Under the pieces are notes generated by a model, which had not been told where the DNA came from, made no database searches, and saw only the letters and a list, made by a program, of their open reading frames with translations. This document shows positions 1 to 13,384 of a stretch of 32,000 nt of DNA, piece by piece. Position 1 is the first letter of the stretch. Every line of letters begins with the position of its first letter. This stretch comes from Pseudidiomarina andamanensis (lineage in GTDB: Bacteria; Pseudomonadota; Gammaproteobacteria; Enterobacterales; Alteromonadaceae): NCBI RefSeq assembly GCF_009734345.1, contig NZ_CP032551.1:1830001-1862000 (forward strand), read 5' to 3'. The translations under genes and the position numbers were made by a program.

Positions 1-1137
1 GCCCGCGCCTATGTTCACGCCAGCACCAATTTGTGCGTCACCAAGGTAGGTGAGGTGGCTCGCTTTTGAGCCTTTACCCATGCGCGTTTTCTTAATTTCG
101 ACAAAGTTGCCAACTTGCACACCTTCGGCTAAGTCAGCACCTGGGCGTAAACGCGCAAACGGGCCAATGGCACAGTTCTCAGCTAACACAGCGTCTTCAA
201 TGACACTATTGGCTTTCACGCGTGAACCGGCGCCAATTTTACAATTACGCAGTACACAGTTGCTTTCGATAACGACGCCTTCACCAAGTTCCACTCGGCC
301 TTCAAAAATAACATTCACGTCAACCACAACGTCGTTGGCAATGATCACTTCACCGCGCACATCCACACGCGCTGGGTCCATCAATGTAGCGCCGTCTAAC
401 ATGAGCTGTTCTGCTTGACGAGCTTGATAGGCACGCTCTAGTCCAGCTAGTTGCACGCGATTATTCGCACCTTCAACTTCGCTAATCGCTTGTGGCTGCG
501 CCGTTGCAATGGTCACACCTTCGTCGGCTGCCATCGCCACAATATCGGTGAGATAGTATTCGCCTTGGGCGTTGTTGTTCGACAGATTGCTTAGCCAGCG
601 TTTCAACGCAGCGCTGTTTACGGCCATCATGCCAGTGTTCACTTCGGTAATGGCTAATTGCTCTGAATTTGCGTCTTTTTGCTCAACAATACCTACGACA
701 GCGCCATTCACATCGCGCACAATACGCCCATAACCGCTAGGATCAGGCAAGGTTACTGTCAACAACGCCAATTCGGTATTGGCCGCTGCGTCTAGTAAAA
801 CGCGTAGCGTTTCTGTACGCGTAAGCGGAACGTCGCCGTATAAAATCAATACCGTTTCATTATCATCCAAATACGGCACGACTTGTTGCACAGCGTGGCC
901 AGTACCTAATTGTTCGGCTTGCTCAACAAAATTCAATTGCTGCCCAGCAAGTTTATCCATTAATACATCGCCACCATGGCCATAAATAACGTGCACATGC
1001 GCAGGTGTTAAGGTGCGCGCGATATCAATCACGTGTTGAACCATCGGTTTATGGGCAACCGGATGCAGCACTTTCGGCAATGCCGAACGCATACGTGTGC
1101 CTTTACCTGCGGCGAGTACAACAACACTCAGAGACAT
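1..1137 (-). CDS. glmU: Bifunctional GlcNAc-1-P uridyltransferase / GlcN-1-P acetyltransferase GlmU, N-terminal 379 codons (3' end lies beyond the window edge)
   Basis: Minus-strand frame is open from nt 1 to the ATG at 1135-1137. It is absent from the ORF track because there is no stop in the window. My translation starts [16 protein letters not shown]...[13 protein letters not shown] and ends in hexapeptide-repeat sequence (...GAGVNIGAG). GGAAGG SD lies just upstream. Canonical position downstream of atpC. Confidence 0.93.
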   Translation of the reverse strand, partial: MSLSVVVLAAGKGTRMRSALPKVLHPVAHKPMVQHVIDIARTLTPAHVHVIYGHGGDVLMDKLAGQQLNFVEQAEQLGTGHAVQQVVPYLDDNETVLILYGDVPLTRTETLRVLLDAAANTELALLTVTLPDPSGYGRIVRDVNGAVVGIVEQKDANSEQLAITEVNTGMMAVNSAALKRWLSNLSNNNAQGEYYLTDIVAMAADEGVTIATAQPQAISEVEGANNRVQLAGLERAYQARQAEQLMLDGATLMDPARVDVRGEVIIANDVVVDVNVIFEGRVELGEGVVIESNCVLRNCKIGAGSRVKANSVIEDAVLAENCAIGPFARLRPGADLAEGVQVGNFVEIKKTRMGKGSKASHLTYLGDAQIGAGVNIGAG

Positions 1138-1208
1138 GAATCCTTCCGTTTCTGTATTCAAAAAAGTTAATGGGCTATTTTAATGCTGTTTACAACAAAT
1201 TAACAGGC

Positions 1209-1246
1209 GAAAAAAAGACCCGCAAACCGAGATTTACGGGTCTTTT
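1209..1246 (-). terminator. Rho-independent terminator after atpC
   Basis: On the minus strand: AAAAGACCCG, 14-nt loop, CGGGTCTTTT, then further Ts (7 consecutive T in total). It starts about 25 nt after the atpC stop. Confidence 0.75.
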
Positions 1247-1271
1247 CATTTTCTTAAAGCTGGCGTGCTGA

Positions 1272-1688
1272 TTATTTACGCAATTTGCGAATAACCTGCA
1301 ACTGAGCCATCGCTCGAGCCAGTTCTGCTGCCGCTTCTGCGTAGCTTAAGTCAGAACTTTGATCTGCAATTGCTTCTTCAGCGTGTTTCTTGGCTTCAAG
1401 AGCTTTTTGTTCATCAAGCTCTTCACCACGAATGGCCGTATCAGCAAGGACCGAGACGTTATGCGGCTGCACTTCAAGCACACCACCAGCAACGTAGATG
1501 ATTTCTTCTTCGCCACCTTCTTTCACCACACGAACCATACCTGGCTTAATCGTGGTTAAAAGCGGGGCGTGACCTGGGTGAATACCCAGCTCACCTTCGC
1601 TACCGGTCACTTGCAGGGTCTCAACGGCACCAGAGAACAAACGTTCTTCGGCGCTGACCACATCAAGCTGTACAGTTTTAGCTGCCAT
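1272..1688 (-). CDS. atpC: F1 ATP synthase epsilon subunit
   Basis: 138-aa ORF with typical epsilon N-terminus (LDVVSAE..LFSG.V..). Last gene of the atp operon order. Confidence 0.95.
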   Translation of the reverse strand: MAAKTVQLDVVSAEERLFSGAVETLQVTGSEGELGIHPGHAPLLTTIKPGMVRVVKEGGEEEIIYVAGGVLEVQPHNVSVLADTAIRGEELDEQKALEAKKHAEEAIADQSSDLSYAEAAAELARAMAQLQVIRKLRK

Positions 1689-1705
1689 TTAAACCTCCCG
1701 GTTTA

Positions 1706-3130
<1,425 letters not shown>

Positions 3131-3997
3131 TTAAACCGCTTCGGCGCCCGATACAATTTCCGAAATTTCCTGCGTGATCGCTGCTTGGCGTGCTTTGTTG
3201 TACACCAATTGCAGTTGATCGATGAGGTCTTCGGCGTTGTCGGTAGCGGCTTTCATTGCCACCATCCGCGCTGCCTGTTCACTAGCGATGTTGTCCACTA
3301 CGCCCTGATACACAGTCGCTTCAACATAACGACGGATCAGTAATTCTAAAATTGGCTGTGGATTCGGCTCATACAAGTAGTCCCAGCTACCTGATTGAAC
3401 TTCGTCACGAGACTCAGCTTTTGGCAACGGTAGCAATTGCGCTATCGTTGGTTCTTGCTTCATGGTGTTCACAAACTTGTTATACACCACAAACAGGCGG
3501 TCGATTTTGCCTTCATCAAAGGCATCCAACATTACCTGTACAGTCCCGAGCACATCATTCACGCTTGGCTTATCACCAAGACCTGATTTTTGCGCCAGTA
3601 AACGGCCTCCAAAGCGTTTAAAGAAACCCGTAGCCTTGTTACCAATTGCTGCGAAATCAACTTCTACGCCACTGTCTTTGTTTGCTTTAGCATGCTTAAC
3701 CACCGCTTTAAATTCATTGGTGTTTAAGCCGCCACACAAACCACGGTCAGTTGAAATCACAATGTAACCAACTCGTTTCACATCACGCTCTTCTAAGTAC
3801 GGATGCTTATATTCTAAGTTGGCATGGGCAACATGGCCGATCACCTTGCGAATGCTGTCCGCATACGGACGGCTTGAAGCCATACGTTCCTGCGCCTTTT
3901 TCATTTTAGACGCAGCAACCATCTCCATTGCACTGGTGATCTTCTGAGTATTGTTAATACTCCCGATCTTGGTTTTTATCTCTTTACCGCCGGCCAT
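3131..3997 (-). CDS. atpG: F1 ATP synthase gamma subunit
   Basis: 288 aa. N-terminus [32 protein letters not shown] and C-terminus [15 protein letters not shown] are diagnostic of gamma. Confidence 0.97.
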   Translation of the reverse strand: MAGGKEIKTKIGSINNTQKITSAMEMVAASKMKKAQERMASSRPYADSIRKVIGHVAHANLEYKHPYLEERDVKRVGYIVISTDRGLCGGLNTNEFKAVVKHAKANKDSGVEVDFAAIGNKATGFFKRFGGRLLAQKSGLGDKPSVNDVLGTVQVMLDAFDEGKIDRLFVVYNKFVNTMKQEPTIAQLLPLPKAESRDEVQSGSWDYLYEPNPQPILELLIRRYVEATVYQGVVDNIASEQAARMVAMKAATDNAEDLIDQLQLVYNKARQAAITQEISEIVSGAEAV

Positions 3998-4054
3998 GAT
4001 ATTCTCCTGTTAACTCAACGACTTGTGGCCACACATTGTGTAGCCACGCTCCGC

Positions 4055-5596
4055 TTACCAAGACTGCGTTTTCTTGAAGGCTTTAAGGCCTTCGTGCAGC
4101 TTCGCTTCGATGTCGTCGTTATAGTTGCCAGTTTTATCAATATCAGCCATCAGTTCAGCGTGCTCGCTACGCATGTACGAAATTAACGCACCTTCGAAGT
4201 CGAGGATTTTGTCTTTCTCTACGTCTTTCAGGTAACCCTTTTCTGCAGAGAAGATAGACACTGCCATTTCAGCCACGCTCATTGGCTTATATTGGTTTTG
4301 CTTCATCAGTTCAGTAACACGCTGACCGTGCTCAAGCTGTGCACGCGTTGCTTCGTCTAAGTCTGAAGCGAACTGCGCGAACGCTGCCAATTCACGATAC
4401 TGTGCTAATGCTAAACGGATACCACCACCAAGTTTCTTAATGATCTTGGTTTGTGCTGCACCACCGACACGCGATACCGAGATACCAGCGTTAACAGCTG
4501 GACGGATACCGGCGTTGAACAAGTCAGTTTCTAAGAAGATCTGACCGTCGGTGATTGAAATCACGTTGGTTGGTACGAACGCTGATACGTCACCCGCTTG
4601 GGTTTCGATAATCGGAAGCGCTGTTAATGAACCGGTTTGACCTTTCACTTCACCGTTGGTGTACTTTTCAACGTAGTCAGCGTTTACACGCGCTGCACGC
4701 TCAAGTAGACGTGAGTGAAGATAGAAAACGTCACCTGGGTATGCTTCACGACCTGGCGGACGACGTAGCAACAATGAGATTTGACGATAAGCAACCGCTT
4801 GCTTCGACAAGTCATCGTATACGATTAGTGCGTCTTCACCGCGGTCACGGAAGTATTCACCCATGGTACAACCTGAGTAGGCTGCCAAGTATTGCAACGC
4901 TGCTGATTCAGAAGCAGATGCTGCAACAACAATGGTGTTTTCCAATGCGCCGTGTTCTTCAAGCTTGCGTACCACGTTCGCGATAGTCGATGCTTTCTGA
5001 CCAATAGCGACGTAAACACACTTAATGCCTGAGTTTTTCTGGTTGATGATGGCATCGATTGCCAAGGCCGTTTTACCGGTTTGACGGTCACCGATGATCA
5101 ACTCACGCTGACCACGACCTACTGGAATCATAGCATCGATTGATTTGTAACCAGTTTGTACTGGTTGATCAACTGATTGACGCTCGATTACACCTGGTGC
5201 GATTTTTTCAACTGGCTCAAAGCCGTCCGCTTCAATCGGACCTTTACCGTCAATTGGTTCACCCAAGGTGTTAACTACGCGGCCTAACAAGGCACGACCA
5301 ACCGGAACTTCTAAGATACGGCCAGTAGATTTAACTTTTACGCCTTCTTGCAAATCAGCGTATGGACCCATAACAACGGCACCAACGGTGTCGCGCTCAA
5401 GGTTCAATGCGATTGCGTAACGATTGCCAGGAAGCTCAACCATCTCACCTTGCATACAGTCTGCAAGGCCGTGAATGCGAATAATACCGTCGGTTACAGA
5501 TACGATGGTACCTTCGTTACGAGCTTCACTGACCACTTCGAACTGTTCAATTCGTTTTTTGATCAGCTCTGCGATTTCATTTGAATTCAGTTGCAT
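4055..5596 (-). CDS. atpA: F1 ATP synthase alpha subunit
   Basis: Walker A GDRQTGKT, collinear with E. coli AtpA. The ORF-track start at 5602 is a TTG. The ATG at 5594-5596 gives MQLNSNEI..., the same as the enteric N-terminus, 513 aa, with GGGGA about 7 nt upstream. Confidence 0.97.
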   Translation of the reverse strand: MQLNSNEIAELIKKRIEQFEVVSEARNEGTIVSVTDGIIRIHGLADCMQGEMVELPGNRYAIALNLERDTVGAVVMGPYADLQEGVKVKSTGRILEVPVGRALLGRVVNTLGEPIDGKGPIEADGFEPVEKIAPGVIERQSVDQPVQTGYKSIDAMIPVGRGQRELIIGDRQTGKTALAIDAIINQKNSGIKCVYVAIGQKASTIANVVRKLEEHGALENTIVVAASASESAALQYLAAYSGCTMGEYFRDRGEDALIVYDDLSKQAVAYRQISLLLRRPPGREAYPGDVFYLHSRLLERAARVNADYVEKYTNGEVKGQTGSLTALPIIETQAGDVSAFVPTNVISITDGQIFLETDLFNAGIRPAVNAGISVSRVGGAAQTKIIKKLGGGIRLALAQYRELAAFAQFASDLDEATRAQLEHGQRVTELMKQNQYKPMSVAEMAVSIFSAEKGYLKDVEKDKILDFEGALISYMRSEHAELMADIDKTGNYNDDIEAKLHEGLKAFKKTQSW

Positions 5597-5610
5597 GCTC
5601 AAGTCCCCAA

Positions 5611-6144
5611 TTAGGATTGCAGTGCGTGTGCAAGTCGATCTAACTTGCCGCGCACCGTGCCGTCGATTACCGTATCACCAGCTTTAATGTATAAGCCACT
5701 GACAATTGCTGCATCGACAGTGCAATTCAGCTTAACTTTGCGTGAAAAACGTTGTTCTAACGTTTTCGCTAGATTGTCCTGCTGTTTCTTCGTCAATTTC
5801 ACCGCTGACGTCACATCGACTGCGATTTCTTTTTCGTAGTCGGCGCGCAGTTCAGCAAACAACGCAACCACAGCAGATAAAGCTTTCAAACGGCCATTTT
5901 CGGCCATAACGCGAACAAAATTCTGGGCTTTTTCGTCCAGTTGCTCACCACATACGTTGATGAAAACTTCAACTTTCTTTTCTAGCGTTTCGGCGCTGCT
6001 CAAAAACGTAGCCATGGTGCCGTCATTTGCTACCGCAGCAGCAAAGGCCAACATTTCGTGCCATTTTTCGATAGCGCCGTTCTCTACTGCAAAATCAAAA
6101 GCTGCTTTTGCATAGGGGCGAGCAACCGTAGTCAATTCTGACAT
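5611..6144 (-). CDS. atpH: F1 ATP synthase delta subunit
   Basis: [19 protein letters not shown] matches the enteric delta N-terminus. The ORF-track start at 6150 is a GTG two codons upstream. The ATG at 6142-6144 has an AGGGG SD and gives 177 aa. Confidence 0.95.
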   Translation of the reverse strand: MSELTTVARPYAKAAFDFAVENGAIEKWHEMLAFAAAVANDGTMATFLSSAETLEKKVEVFINVCGEQLDEKAQNFVRVMAENGRLKALSAVVALFAELRADYEKEIAVDVTSAVKLTKKQQDNLAKTLEQRFSRKVKLNCTVDAAIVSGLYIKAGDTVIDGTVRGKLDRLAHALQS

Positions 6145-6162
6145 TTGCACAAACCCCTTTGG

Positions 6163-6633
6163 TTAGAGTTCAGCGACCAGTTTTTCAACGATGTCACTGT
6201 GAGCGTCTTTATCAATTTCACGCTCGATGATTTTGCTTGCACCGGCAACAGCTAATACAGCTACTTGCTTGCGCAATTCTTCGCGTAAGCGATTGCGTTC
6301 CGCTTCAACTTCAGCGTGACCAGCAGCGATAATTGCTTCGCGCTCAGTCTCACCACGTTGCTTGCCTTCTTCAACCGTTTGCTCAGCGCGTTTCTTCGCT
6401 TGAGCAATGATTTCAGCAGCTTGCGCTTTCGCTTCTTTCAGTTCGTCAGCAATCTTTGCCTGAGCAAGCTCTAAGTCTTTTTCGGCACGTTCGCCGGCTG
6501 CAAGACCATCAGCAATTTTCTTCTGACGAGCTTCAATCGCATTATTTAGCGGAGGCCATACGAACTTCATACAAAACAGTACGAAGACGATGAACGCGAT
6601 TAATTCTCCGATCAGGGTCATGTTTATATTCAT
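6163..6633 (-). CDS. atpF: F0 ATP synthase subunit b
   Basis: 156 aa. Single N-terminal TM ([19 protein letters not shown]), then a long charged helix. Strong SD AGGAGGGGGGG. Confidence 0.96.
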   Translation of the reverse strand: MNINMTLIGELIAFIVFVLFCMKFVWPPLNNAIEARQKKIADGLAAGERAEKDLELAQAKIADELKEAKAQAAEIIAQAKKRAEQTVEEGKQRGETEREAIIAAGHAEVEAERNRLREELRKQVAVLAVAGASKIIEREIDKDAHSDIVEKLVAEL

Positions 6634-6680
6634 TAACCCCCCCTCCTATAAGTTCTATCGTTCGAAAGTTGAATGGCTTA

Positions 6681-6956
<276 letters not shown>

Positions 6957-6973
6957 CTAAATAAAAACAAAAA

Positions 6974-8243
<1,270 letters not shown>

Positions 8244-8274
8244 GGGCTAAAAACCTCGGTTAAAAGCCCGCGAT

Positions 8275-8302
8275 AGTATAAAGATTTGGCGTTGAATTGC
8301 AA
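8275..8302 (-). promoter_or_regulatory. Candidate sigma-70 promoter of the atp operon
   Basis: On the minus strand: TTGCAA (8297-8302), 16 nt spacer, TATACT (8275-8280). It lies about 30 nt upstream of the atpI start. Confidence 0.5.
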
Positions 8303-8316
8303 ACAAATTGGGATGG

Positions 8317-9219
8317 TTAGCTATCGTGTTCAAGCTGGAAGTGGGTAAGTATGCCATCAAGCTCATCTAAGCTGCTGTAATTAATGACAACTTTACCTTT
8401 TCCTTTGCGTCCATGGTTAATTGCAACACTCGCACCAAGGCGCTCACTTAAGCTCTTTTCTAGGCGTTGAATATCGGCGTCAGGCTGTGCTTTTGCTGGC
8501 TTTTCTTTCGCTGGCTCTAGTGCCAATCGAACTAGTTTCTCAGCTTCACGAACTGTCATACCTTTGGCGGCGATTAAACGTGCAATTTCAGCCTGCGTTT
8601 CGCCCTCTAATGCAAGTAATAATTTGGCATGGCCTAGTTCAATATCGCCGCGCTCAAGTAACGTTTTGGTTTCTTGCTGCAAATTATTCAAACGTAGCAA
8701 GTTCGTCACCGTTGCCCGCGATTTACCGACGGCGTCAGCGACTTCTTGGTGCGTTAATTGAAACTCAGTCAACAAGCGTTGTAATGCCGTTGCTTCTTCC
8801 ATGGCATTAAGATCTTCACGCTGAATGTTCTCAATTAACGCGATAGCTACCGCCGCTTCATCAGGAACCGGCTTAATCAAACAGGGGACTTCTTGCAAGC
8901 GTGCCATTTGGGCAGCACGCCAACGACGCTCACCGGCAATGATCTCGAACTTTTCATGCGCGACTTCACGCACCACAATCGGTTGAATAATACCTTGTGC
9001 CTTAATGGAGGCAGCAAGATCTTCCAGCGCCTCAGGCGTCATGTCTTTACGAGGCTGGTATTTACCTGGTTGTAACCACTCAATCGGTAATTTTTGTAAT
9101 TCACCTTTGGTGTAATCGACTTCAGGCACACCGTCATGTTGCTCTTTGTCGCGAGCGGTTTTACTGGTCGTTAATAACGCGTCGAGACCGCGTCCAAGTC
9201 CTCGTTTTTTTGCAGACAT
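8317..9219 (-). CDS. parB: Chromosome partitioning protein ParB (Spo0J family)
   Basis: 300 aa. N-terminal KKRGLGRGLDALL box, GERRWRAA arginine patch, HTH region QEVADAVGKSRATVTNLLRL. Confidence 0.96.
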   Translation of the reverse strand: MSAKKRGLGRGLDALLTTSKTARDKEQHDGVPEVDYTKGELQKLPIEWLQPGKYQPRKDMTPEALEDLAASIKAQGIIQPIVVREVAHEKFEIIAGERRWRAAQMARLQEVPCLIKPVPDEAAVAIALIENIQREDLNAMEEATALQRLLTEFQLTHQEVADAVGKSRATVTNLLRLNNLQQETKTLLERGDIELGHAKLLLALEGETQAEIARLIAAKGMTVREAEKLVRLALEPAKEKPAKAQPDADIQRLEKSLSERLGASVAINHGRKGKGKVVINYSSLDELDGILTHFQLEHDS

Positions 9220-9233
9220 AAAGCGTATTTTCC

Positions 9234-10031
9234 TTAAGCTTCAGCCGCTGCTTCGGCCTTTTTTTGTTGTTCAGCACGGCGTATCAGTTCGCCGGCAAGT
9301 GCCAAATAGGCTTTCGCGCCCGCTGACGATTTATCGTAATACATTGCAGGTGAGCCAAAACTTGGGGCTTCTGCTAAGCGCACATTGCGTGGAATGACCG
9401 TGCGATAGACTTTTTCGCCAAAGTGATTCTTTAACTGCTCCGATACATCGTTGGCGAGTCTGTTGCGCGGATCATACATAGTACGCAGAATTCCTTCGAT
9501 TGTTAAGCGCGGGTTTACCGCTTCGGCTAAACGCTCAATGGTGTCCATTAACGCAGTGAGTCCCTCTAGTGCAAAGTATTCACACTGCATCGGCACCAGC
9601 ACGGAATCTGCTGCAGCCATGGCGTTCACGGTCAGCATGCTCAGTGAAGGCGGGCAATCGATAAAAATAAAATCGTATTGATCAACGACCGGCTTAAGCG
9701 CCGTTGCTAGCCGTTGTTCACGGGCGAACTCTTCCATTAATTTGATATCGGCAGCAGTGGTATCACCATTGGCAGCAATGAGATGATATTTACCGTTAGT
9801 TTCACGAATGATGACGTCTTGCGCTGGCTTTTGCTCAACCAAGAGTTCATAGGCGGTATTTTCAACGTCATATTTATCAACGCCGCTACCCATGGTTGCA
9901 TTGCCTTGCGGATCAAGATCAATGAGTAAAACTTTTCGGCGTGTCGCTGCCATTGACGCAGCTAAGTTCACCGCCGTGGTGGTTTTGCCCACGCCACCTT
10001 TTTGGTTGGCAATTGCAATAATTCTGCCCAC
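9234..10031 (-). CDS. parA: Chromosome partitioning ATPase ParA (Soj family)
   Basis: 265 aa. Deviant Walker A NQKGGVGKTT. GTG start, with a GAGAGG SD lying inside the rsmG 3' end. Confidence 0.96.
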   Translation of the reverse strand: MGRIIAIANQKGGVGKTTTAVNLAASMAATRRKVLLIDLDPQGNATMGSGVDKYDVENTAYELLVEQKPAQDVIIRETNGKYHLIAANGDTTAADIKLMEEFAREQRLATALKPVVDQYDFIFIDCPPSLSMLTVNAMAAADSVLVPMQCEYFALEGLTALMDTIERLAEAVNPRLTIEGILRTMYDPRNRLANDVSEQLKNHFGEKVYRTVIPRNVRLAEAPSFGSPAMYYDKSSAGAKAYLALAGELIRRAEQQKKAEAAAEA

Positions 10032-10035
10032 AGGA

Positions 10036-10656
10036 CTAACCTCTCGTTGTTATTATGACCAAATGGCGTTCGCCATCGGCGTCGGGAACCTGTAATCGAA
10101 TAATATCTTCAACATGAAACTGCGACGGTAGTTGTTCTAATTCAGCCGCCGGGTAGACGCCTTTTAAGGCATAAAACTTACCCTGTTCATTTGGTAAGTG
10201 TTCACACCAACTCAGCATATCATCAAGCGAGGCAAACGCTCTACTTATCACACCATCAAATTTTAGGTCAGGTTGATAGTCTTCTACGCGACTTTGCACA
10301 GCCGTTACATTCTTAAGGCCTAATTCGTGGCAAACCTGACGAATAAATCGAATACGCTTACCTAAACTATCAAGTAAAACAAACTCTTTGTCTGGCGCTG
10401 TTATCGCTAACGGTAAACCTGGCAGACCAGGACCAGTGCCCACGTCAATGAATCGCTGCCCCTGCAAATGTGGGAGTATCACCAAGCTATCCATGATGTG
10501 GCGACTGAGCATTTGCTGCGGATCACGCACCGAGGTTAAGTTATAGGCTTTATTCCATTTATGCAGTAACTCAACCAGCTTTACCAATTGTTGTTGCTGC
10601 AGTTCAGTAATATCTAACGCTGTTTGTGCGAGTAATTGTTGTAATTGTGACAGCAT
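10036..10656 (-). CDS. rsmG: 16S rRNA (guanine527-N7) methyltransferase RsmG (GidB)
   Basis: 206 aa. SAM motif [16 protein letters not shown]. Canonical position after mnmG. Confidence 0.95.
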   Translation of the reverse strand: MLSQLQQLLAQTALDITELQQQQLVKLVELLHKWNKAYNLTSVRDPQQMLSRHIMDSLVILPHLQGQRFIDVGTGPGLPGLPLAITAPDKEFVLLDSLGKRIRFIRQVCHELGLKNVTAVQSRVEDYQPDLKFDGVISRAFASLDDMLSWCEHLPNEQGKFYALKGVYPAAELEQLPSQFHVEDIIRLQVPDADGERHLVIITTRG

Positions 10657-10659
10657 GGT

Positions 10660-12561
10660 TTAGGCGCTTTTACGCAACAGTCCTTGTTTTTTTAAGTGTA
10701 CCAGCAACATCGAAATAGCTGCCGGTGTTATACCTGAAATACGTGACGCTTTGCCTACCGTTTCAGGTTGATGTTGATTCAGCTTCGCAACTACTTCGTT
10801 CGACAAACCTTTGATGGTGGCGTAATCGAAGTTATGCGGCAACTGGGTATTCTCGTGGCGCAACTGCTTTGCTATTTCATCTTGCTGACGCGCAATGTAG
10901 CCTGCGTACTTGGTTTGAATTTCAACTTGTTCCGCCGCTTTCTCATCGGTCAAGCCCGGTCCAATATTTTCAATTTTCATTAAATCAGCATACGTGATTT
11001 CTGGACGACGCAATAATTCTTCACCATTCACTTCACGAGTGATTGGCGTTTTTACCAATTCATTCACTTGCGCCACAGCGGCATGATCTTTGTGGATCCA
11101 AGTAGTTCGCAAACGCTGTTGCTCTTGCTCGATAGCTTCCATCTTGGTGTTGAATGCGGCCCAACGCGCATCATCGACTAAACCAAGCTGACGACCGGTT
11201 TCGGTTAAGCGCATATCAGCATTATCTTCACGCAACAACAAACGATATTCAGCACGTGATGTAAACATGCGATACGGTTCTTTGGTTCCTAGCGTACTCA
11301 GATCATCAATCAATACGCCCATATAAGATTGATCGCGACGCGGCGCCCAACCATCTTTATCTTGCACTTGTAACGCTGCGTTGGTACCCGCAACCAGACC
11401 TTGCGCACCAGCTTCTTCATAGCCTGTAGTACCGTTAATTTGGCCGGCAAAAAACAAACCATGAATGTGCTTGGTTTCAAGCGTTTGTTTTAAATCACGC
11501 GGATCAAAGTAGTCGTACTCAATGGCGTAACCAGGACGGGTAATATGCGCGTTTTCAAAGCCTTTGATTGAACGAACCAGAGCGACTTGTACATCAAACG
11601 GTAAACTCGTTGAAATACCATTTGGATAGAGTTCGTTGGTATTTAAACCTTCTGGTTCCACGAAAATTTGGTGCGCATCTTTGTCACTAAAGCGCATGAC
11701 TTTGTCTTCAATGGATGGGCAATAACGTGGCCCAACGCCTTCAATAACACCTGAGTACATTGGTGAACGATCGAGGCCGCCATGAATAATTTCATGGGTG
11801 CGTAAATTGGTGTGCGTGATGTAACAGGAGATTTGCTGAGGGTGATCAGCTTGCGATCCCATAAACGAAAATACCGGTGTTGGTGTATCACCGGGTTGTT
11901 CTTGCATCACACTAAAATCAACTGTTTTGGCATCAATACGCGGTGGCGTACCGGTTTTTAAGCGATCAACGCGTAATGGCAACTCACGTAACCGTTTAGC
12001 GAGATTATTTGCTGGAGGATCGCCAGCGCGGCCACCTTGATAGTTGTTTAAACCAATATGAATTTGTCCACCCAAGAACGTACCAACGGTTAGAACAACG
12101 GTTTTCGCAGAAAACTTTAAGTCCATTTGGGTGACAACACCAACCACGCGATCGTTTTCAACGATCAGATCATCACAAGCTTGTTGAAACAAACTTAGGT
12201 TGGGTTGGTTTTCTAACATGTGTCGAATAGCTGCTTTGTACAAAGCACGATCGGCTTGAGCTCGTGTGGCACGCACTGCTGGGCCTTTTGATGAATTCAA
12301 TGTACGAAATTGAATACCGGCTAAATCTGCTGCGTGTGCCATCGCACCGCCAAGCGCATCAATTTCTTTAACGAGATGGCCTTTACCAATTCCACCAATA
12401 GCTGGGTTACACGACATTTGACCTAATGTGTCAATGTTGTGCGTCAGTAACAGCGTGTTGCAGCCCATACGAGCTGAGGCTAACGCTGCTTCTGTGCCTG
12501 CGTGTCCACCACCAATGACGATAACGTCATAATGCTGATGGTAAGAATTGGTGTTTGGCAT
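10660..12561 (-). CDS. mnmG: tRNA uridine 5-carboxymethylaminomethyl modification enzyme MnmG (GidA)
   Basis: 633 aa. FAD fold [15 protein letters not shown], highly conserved throughout. Abuts oriC as in E. coli. Confidence 0.98.
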   Translation of the reverse strand: MPNTNSYHQHYDVIVIGGGHAGTEAALASARMGCNTLLLTHNIDTLGQMSCNPAIGGIGKGHLVKEIDALGGAMAHAADLAGIQFRTLNSSKGPAVRATRAQADRALYKAAIRHMLENQPNLSLFQQACDDLIVENDRVVGVVTQMDLKFSAKTVVLTVGTFLGGQIHIGLNNYQGGRAGDPPANNLAKRLRELPLRVDRLKTGTPPRIDAKTVDFSVMQEQPGDTPTPVFSFMGSQADHPQQISCYITHTNLRTHEIIHGGLDRSPMYSGVIEGVGPRYCPSIEDKVMRFSDKDAHQIFVEPEGLNTNELYPNGISTSLPFDVQVALVRSIKGFENAHITRPGYAIEYDYFDPRDLKQTLETKHIHGLFFAGQINGTTGYEEAGAQGLVAGTNAALQVQDKDGWAPRRDQSYMGVLIDDLSTLGTKEPYRMFTSRAEYRLLLREDNADMRLTETGRQLGLVDDARWAAFNTKMEAIEQEQQRLRTTWIHKDHAAVAQVNELVKTPITREVNGEELLRRPEITYADLMKIENIGPGLTDEKAAEQVEIQTKYAGYIARQQDEIAKQLRHENTQLPHNFDYATIKGLSNEVVAKLNQHQPETVGKASRISGITPAAISMLLVHLKKQGLLRKSA

Positions 12562-12670
12562 ACTATGCGATCCTAGAATTAAGTCTGCGTGAATGTAAAA
12601 CGTAGCCGGTTATTTTAACCTGATTTAGCCAAGATCAAAACGGTTAAATTCTAGTCGTGAATGGGTAAAG

Positions 12671-12715
12671 GATCTAATTAATAAATTAAGATCTTTTTTT
12701 TTGATCTTTTATTTC
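12671..12715. repeat. DNA-unwinding element: three GATC-initiated AT-rich 13-mers
   Basis: GATCTAATTAATA (12671-12683), GATCTTTTTTTTT (12690-12702), GATCTTTTATTTC (12703-12715). Compare the E. coli 13-mer consensus GATCTnTTnTTTT. They lie on the gidA-proximal side, as in E. coli. Confidence 0.85.
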
Positions 12716-12739
12716 TATTCTTATTAGCATTGAGATTTT

Positions 12740-12748
12740 TGTGGATAA
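12740..12748 (-). promoter_or_regulatory. DnaA box (perfect TTATCCACA on minus strand), R1-like, next to the DUE
   Basis: Plus strand reads TGTGGATAA. Confidence 0.85.
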
Positions 12749-12828
12749 CCGATGCAACGCTTTATTTGGTAAGGATCACAATGATCGGTAAAGGTGTGAT
12801 CAGATCATGATCCTTTCGGTGATCAAAC

Positions 12829-12837
12829 GGTGGATAA
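12829..12837 (-). promoter_or_regulatory. DnaA box (TTATCCACC on minus strand)
   Basis: Plus strand reads GGTGGATAA. 8/9 match to consensus. Confidence 0.7.
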
Positions 12838-12846
12838 CCTAGTGAG

Positions 12847-12855
12847 TTATACACA
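12847..12855 (+). promoter_or_regulatory. DnaA box TTATACACA (same sequence as E. coli R2)
   Basis: Direct read of the plus strand. Confidence 0.8.
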
Positions 12856-12862
12856 GGTGAAG

Positions 12863-12871
12863 TTATTCACA
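12863..12871 (+). promoter_or_regulatory. DnaA box TTATTCACA
   Basis: Fits TTATnCACA. Weaker box-like 9-mers also occur at 12881-12889, 12909-12917, 12920-12928 and 12932-12940. Confidence 0.7.
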
Positions 12872-12923
12872 GAATTATGCAGTGGATATAAACAGACTTT
12901 AATTGATCTTATACAACGACTAT

Positions 12924-13373
12924 TCACAGTGATTGGATAAAAGATTGCAGCCATGTTGATGATTTTTCGTCCGGATCATCCTGTGACATATCAATTTCTA
13001 GGTGTGTGATCAGCCGTTTTGCACCTAATATGGCAAGCATAGCGTCACAATCACGACCGGCTGCACAGAACGTATCGTAACAGCTATCTCCAACGGCAAT
13101 AACGCCAAAACGAAGCTCGGTCAGCTGTGGTTTATGAGTATGCAATTCTTCGGCAAATTCAAGCATGGAATCAGCGTAATCACCCGCACCATGGCTTGCC
13201 ACGCAACATAACCATACCGATTGGTCAGTTAGATTTTCCATCAGATCAGAGTAATCAGGTTCGTAATGCAGGGTGGTGCTATAACCTGTATCTTGTAGTT
13301 GATTTGAAATTTGGTCGGCAAGGTATTCGGTATTGCCTGATGTTGTTGCAACAAGAATGTCGATGTTTTGCAT
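12924..13373 (-). CDS. mioC: FMN-binding flavodoxin-like protein MioC
   Basis: 149 aa. Flavodoxin N-terminus ILVATTSGNTEYLA, ...SHGAGD..., CYDTFCAAG. Transcribed toward oriC exactly as in E. coli mioC. Confidence 0.88.
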   Translation of the reverse strand: MQNIDILVATTSGNTEYLADQISNQLQDTGYSTTLHYEPDYSDLMENLTDQSVWLCCVASHGAGDYADSMLEFAEELHTHKPQLTELRFGVIAVGDSCYDTFCAAGRDCDAMLAILGAKRLITHLEIDMSQDDPDEKSSTWLQSFIQSL

Positions 13374-13384
13374 AGTTGGCTCTC

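Larger units (their letters stand above)
12562..12923. other. oriC: Chromosomal replication origin oriC (E. coli-type, between mnmG/gidA and mioC)
   Basis: 362-bp non-coding gap with three AT-rich 13-mers, multiple DnaA boxes and 12 GATC sites at 12569, 12633, 12671, 12690, 12703, 12774, 12783, 12798, 12803, 12809, 12821 and 12905. Flanking gene order gidA-oriC-mioC is identical to enterics. All 16 genes to the left of oriC are on the minus strand; to the right the two long operons (M1 peptidase to nuclease, flgB-L) are on the plus strand, although mioC, the GGDEF gene, flgNMA and fliR are on the minus strand. Confidence 0.92.

Noticed and set aside
50-985. Plus-strand ORFs 50..418 (122 aa) and 779..985 (68 aa)
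   Set aside because: They lie antisense to a continuous, clearly GlmU-encoding minus-strand frame. The sequences are low-complexity S/T/P/A-rich, typical of shadow ORFs.
12612-12638. Candidate mnmG (gidA) promoter: TTGATC-N15-TAAAAT on the minus strand
   Set aside because: The spacer is only 15 nt and the region is generally AT-rich. It is plausible by analogy with the E. coli gidA promoter at the oriC edge, but not supportable from sequence alone.
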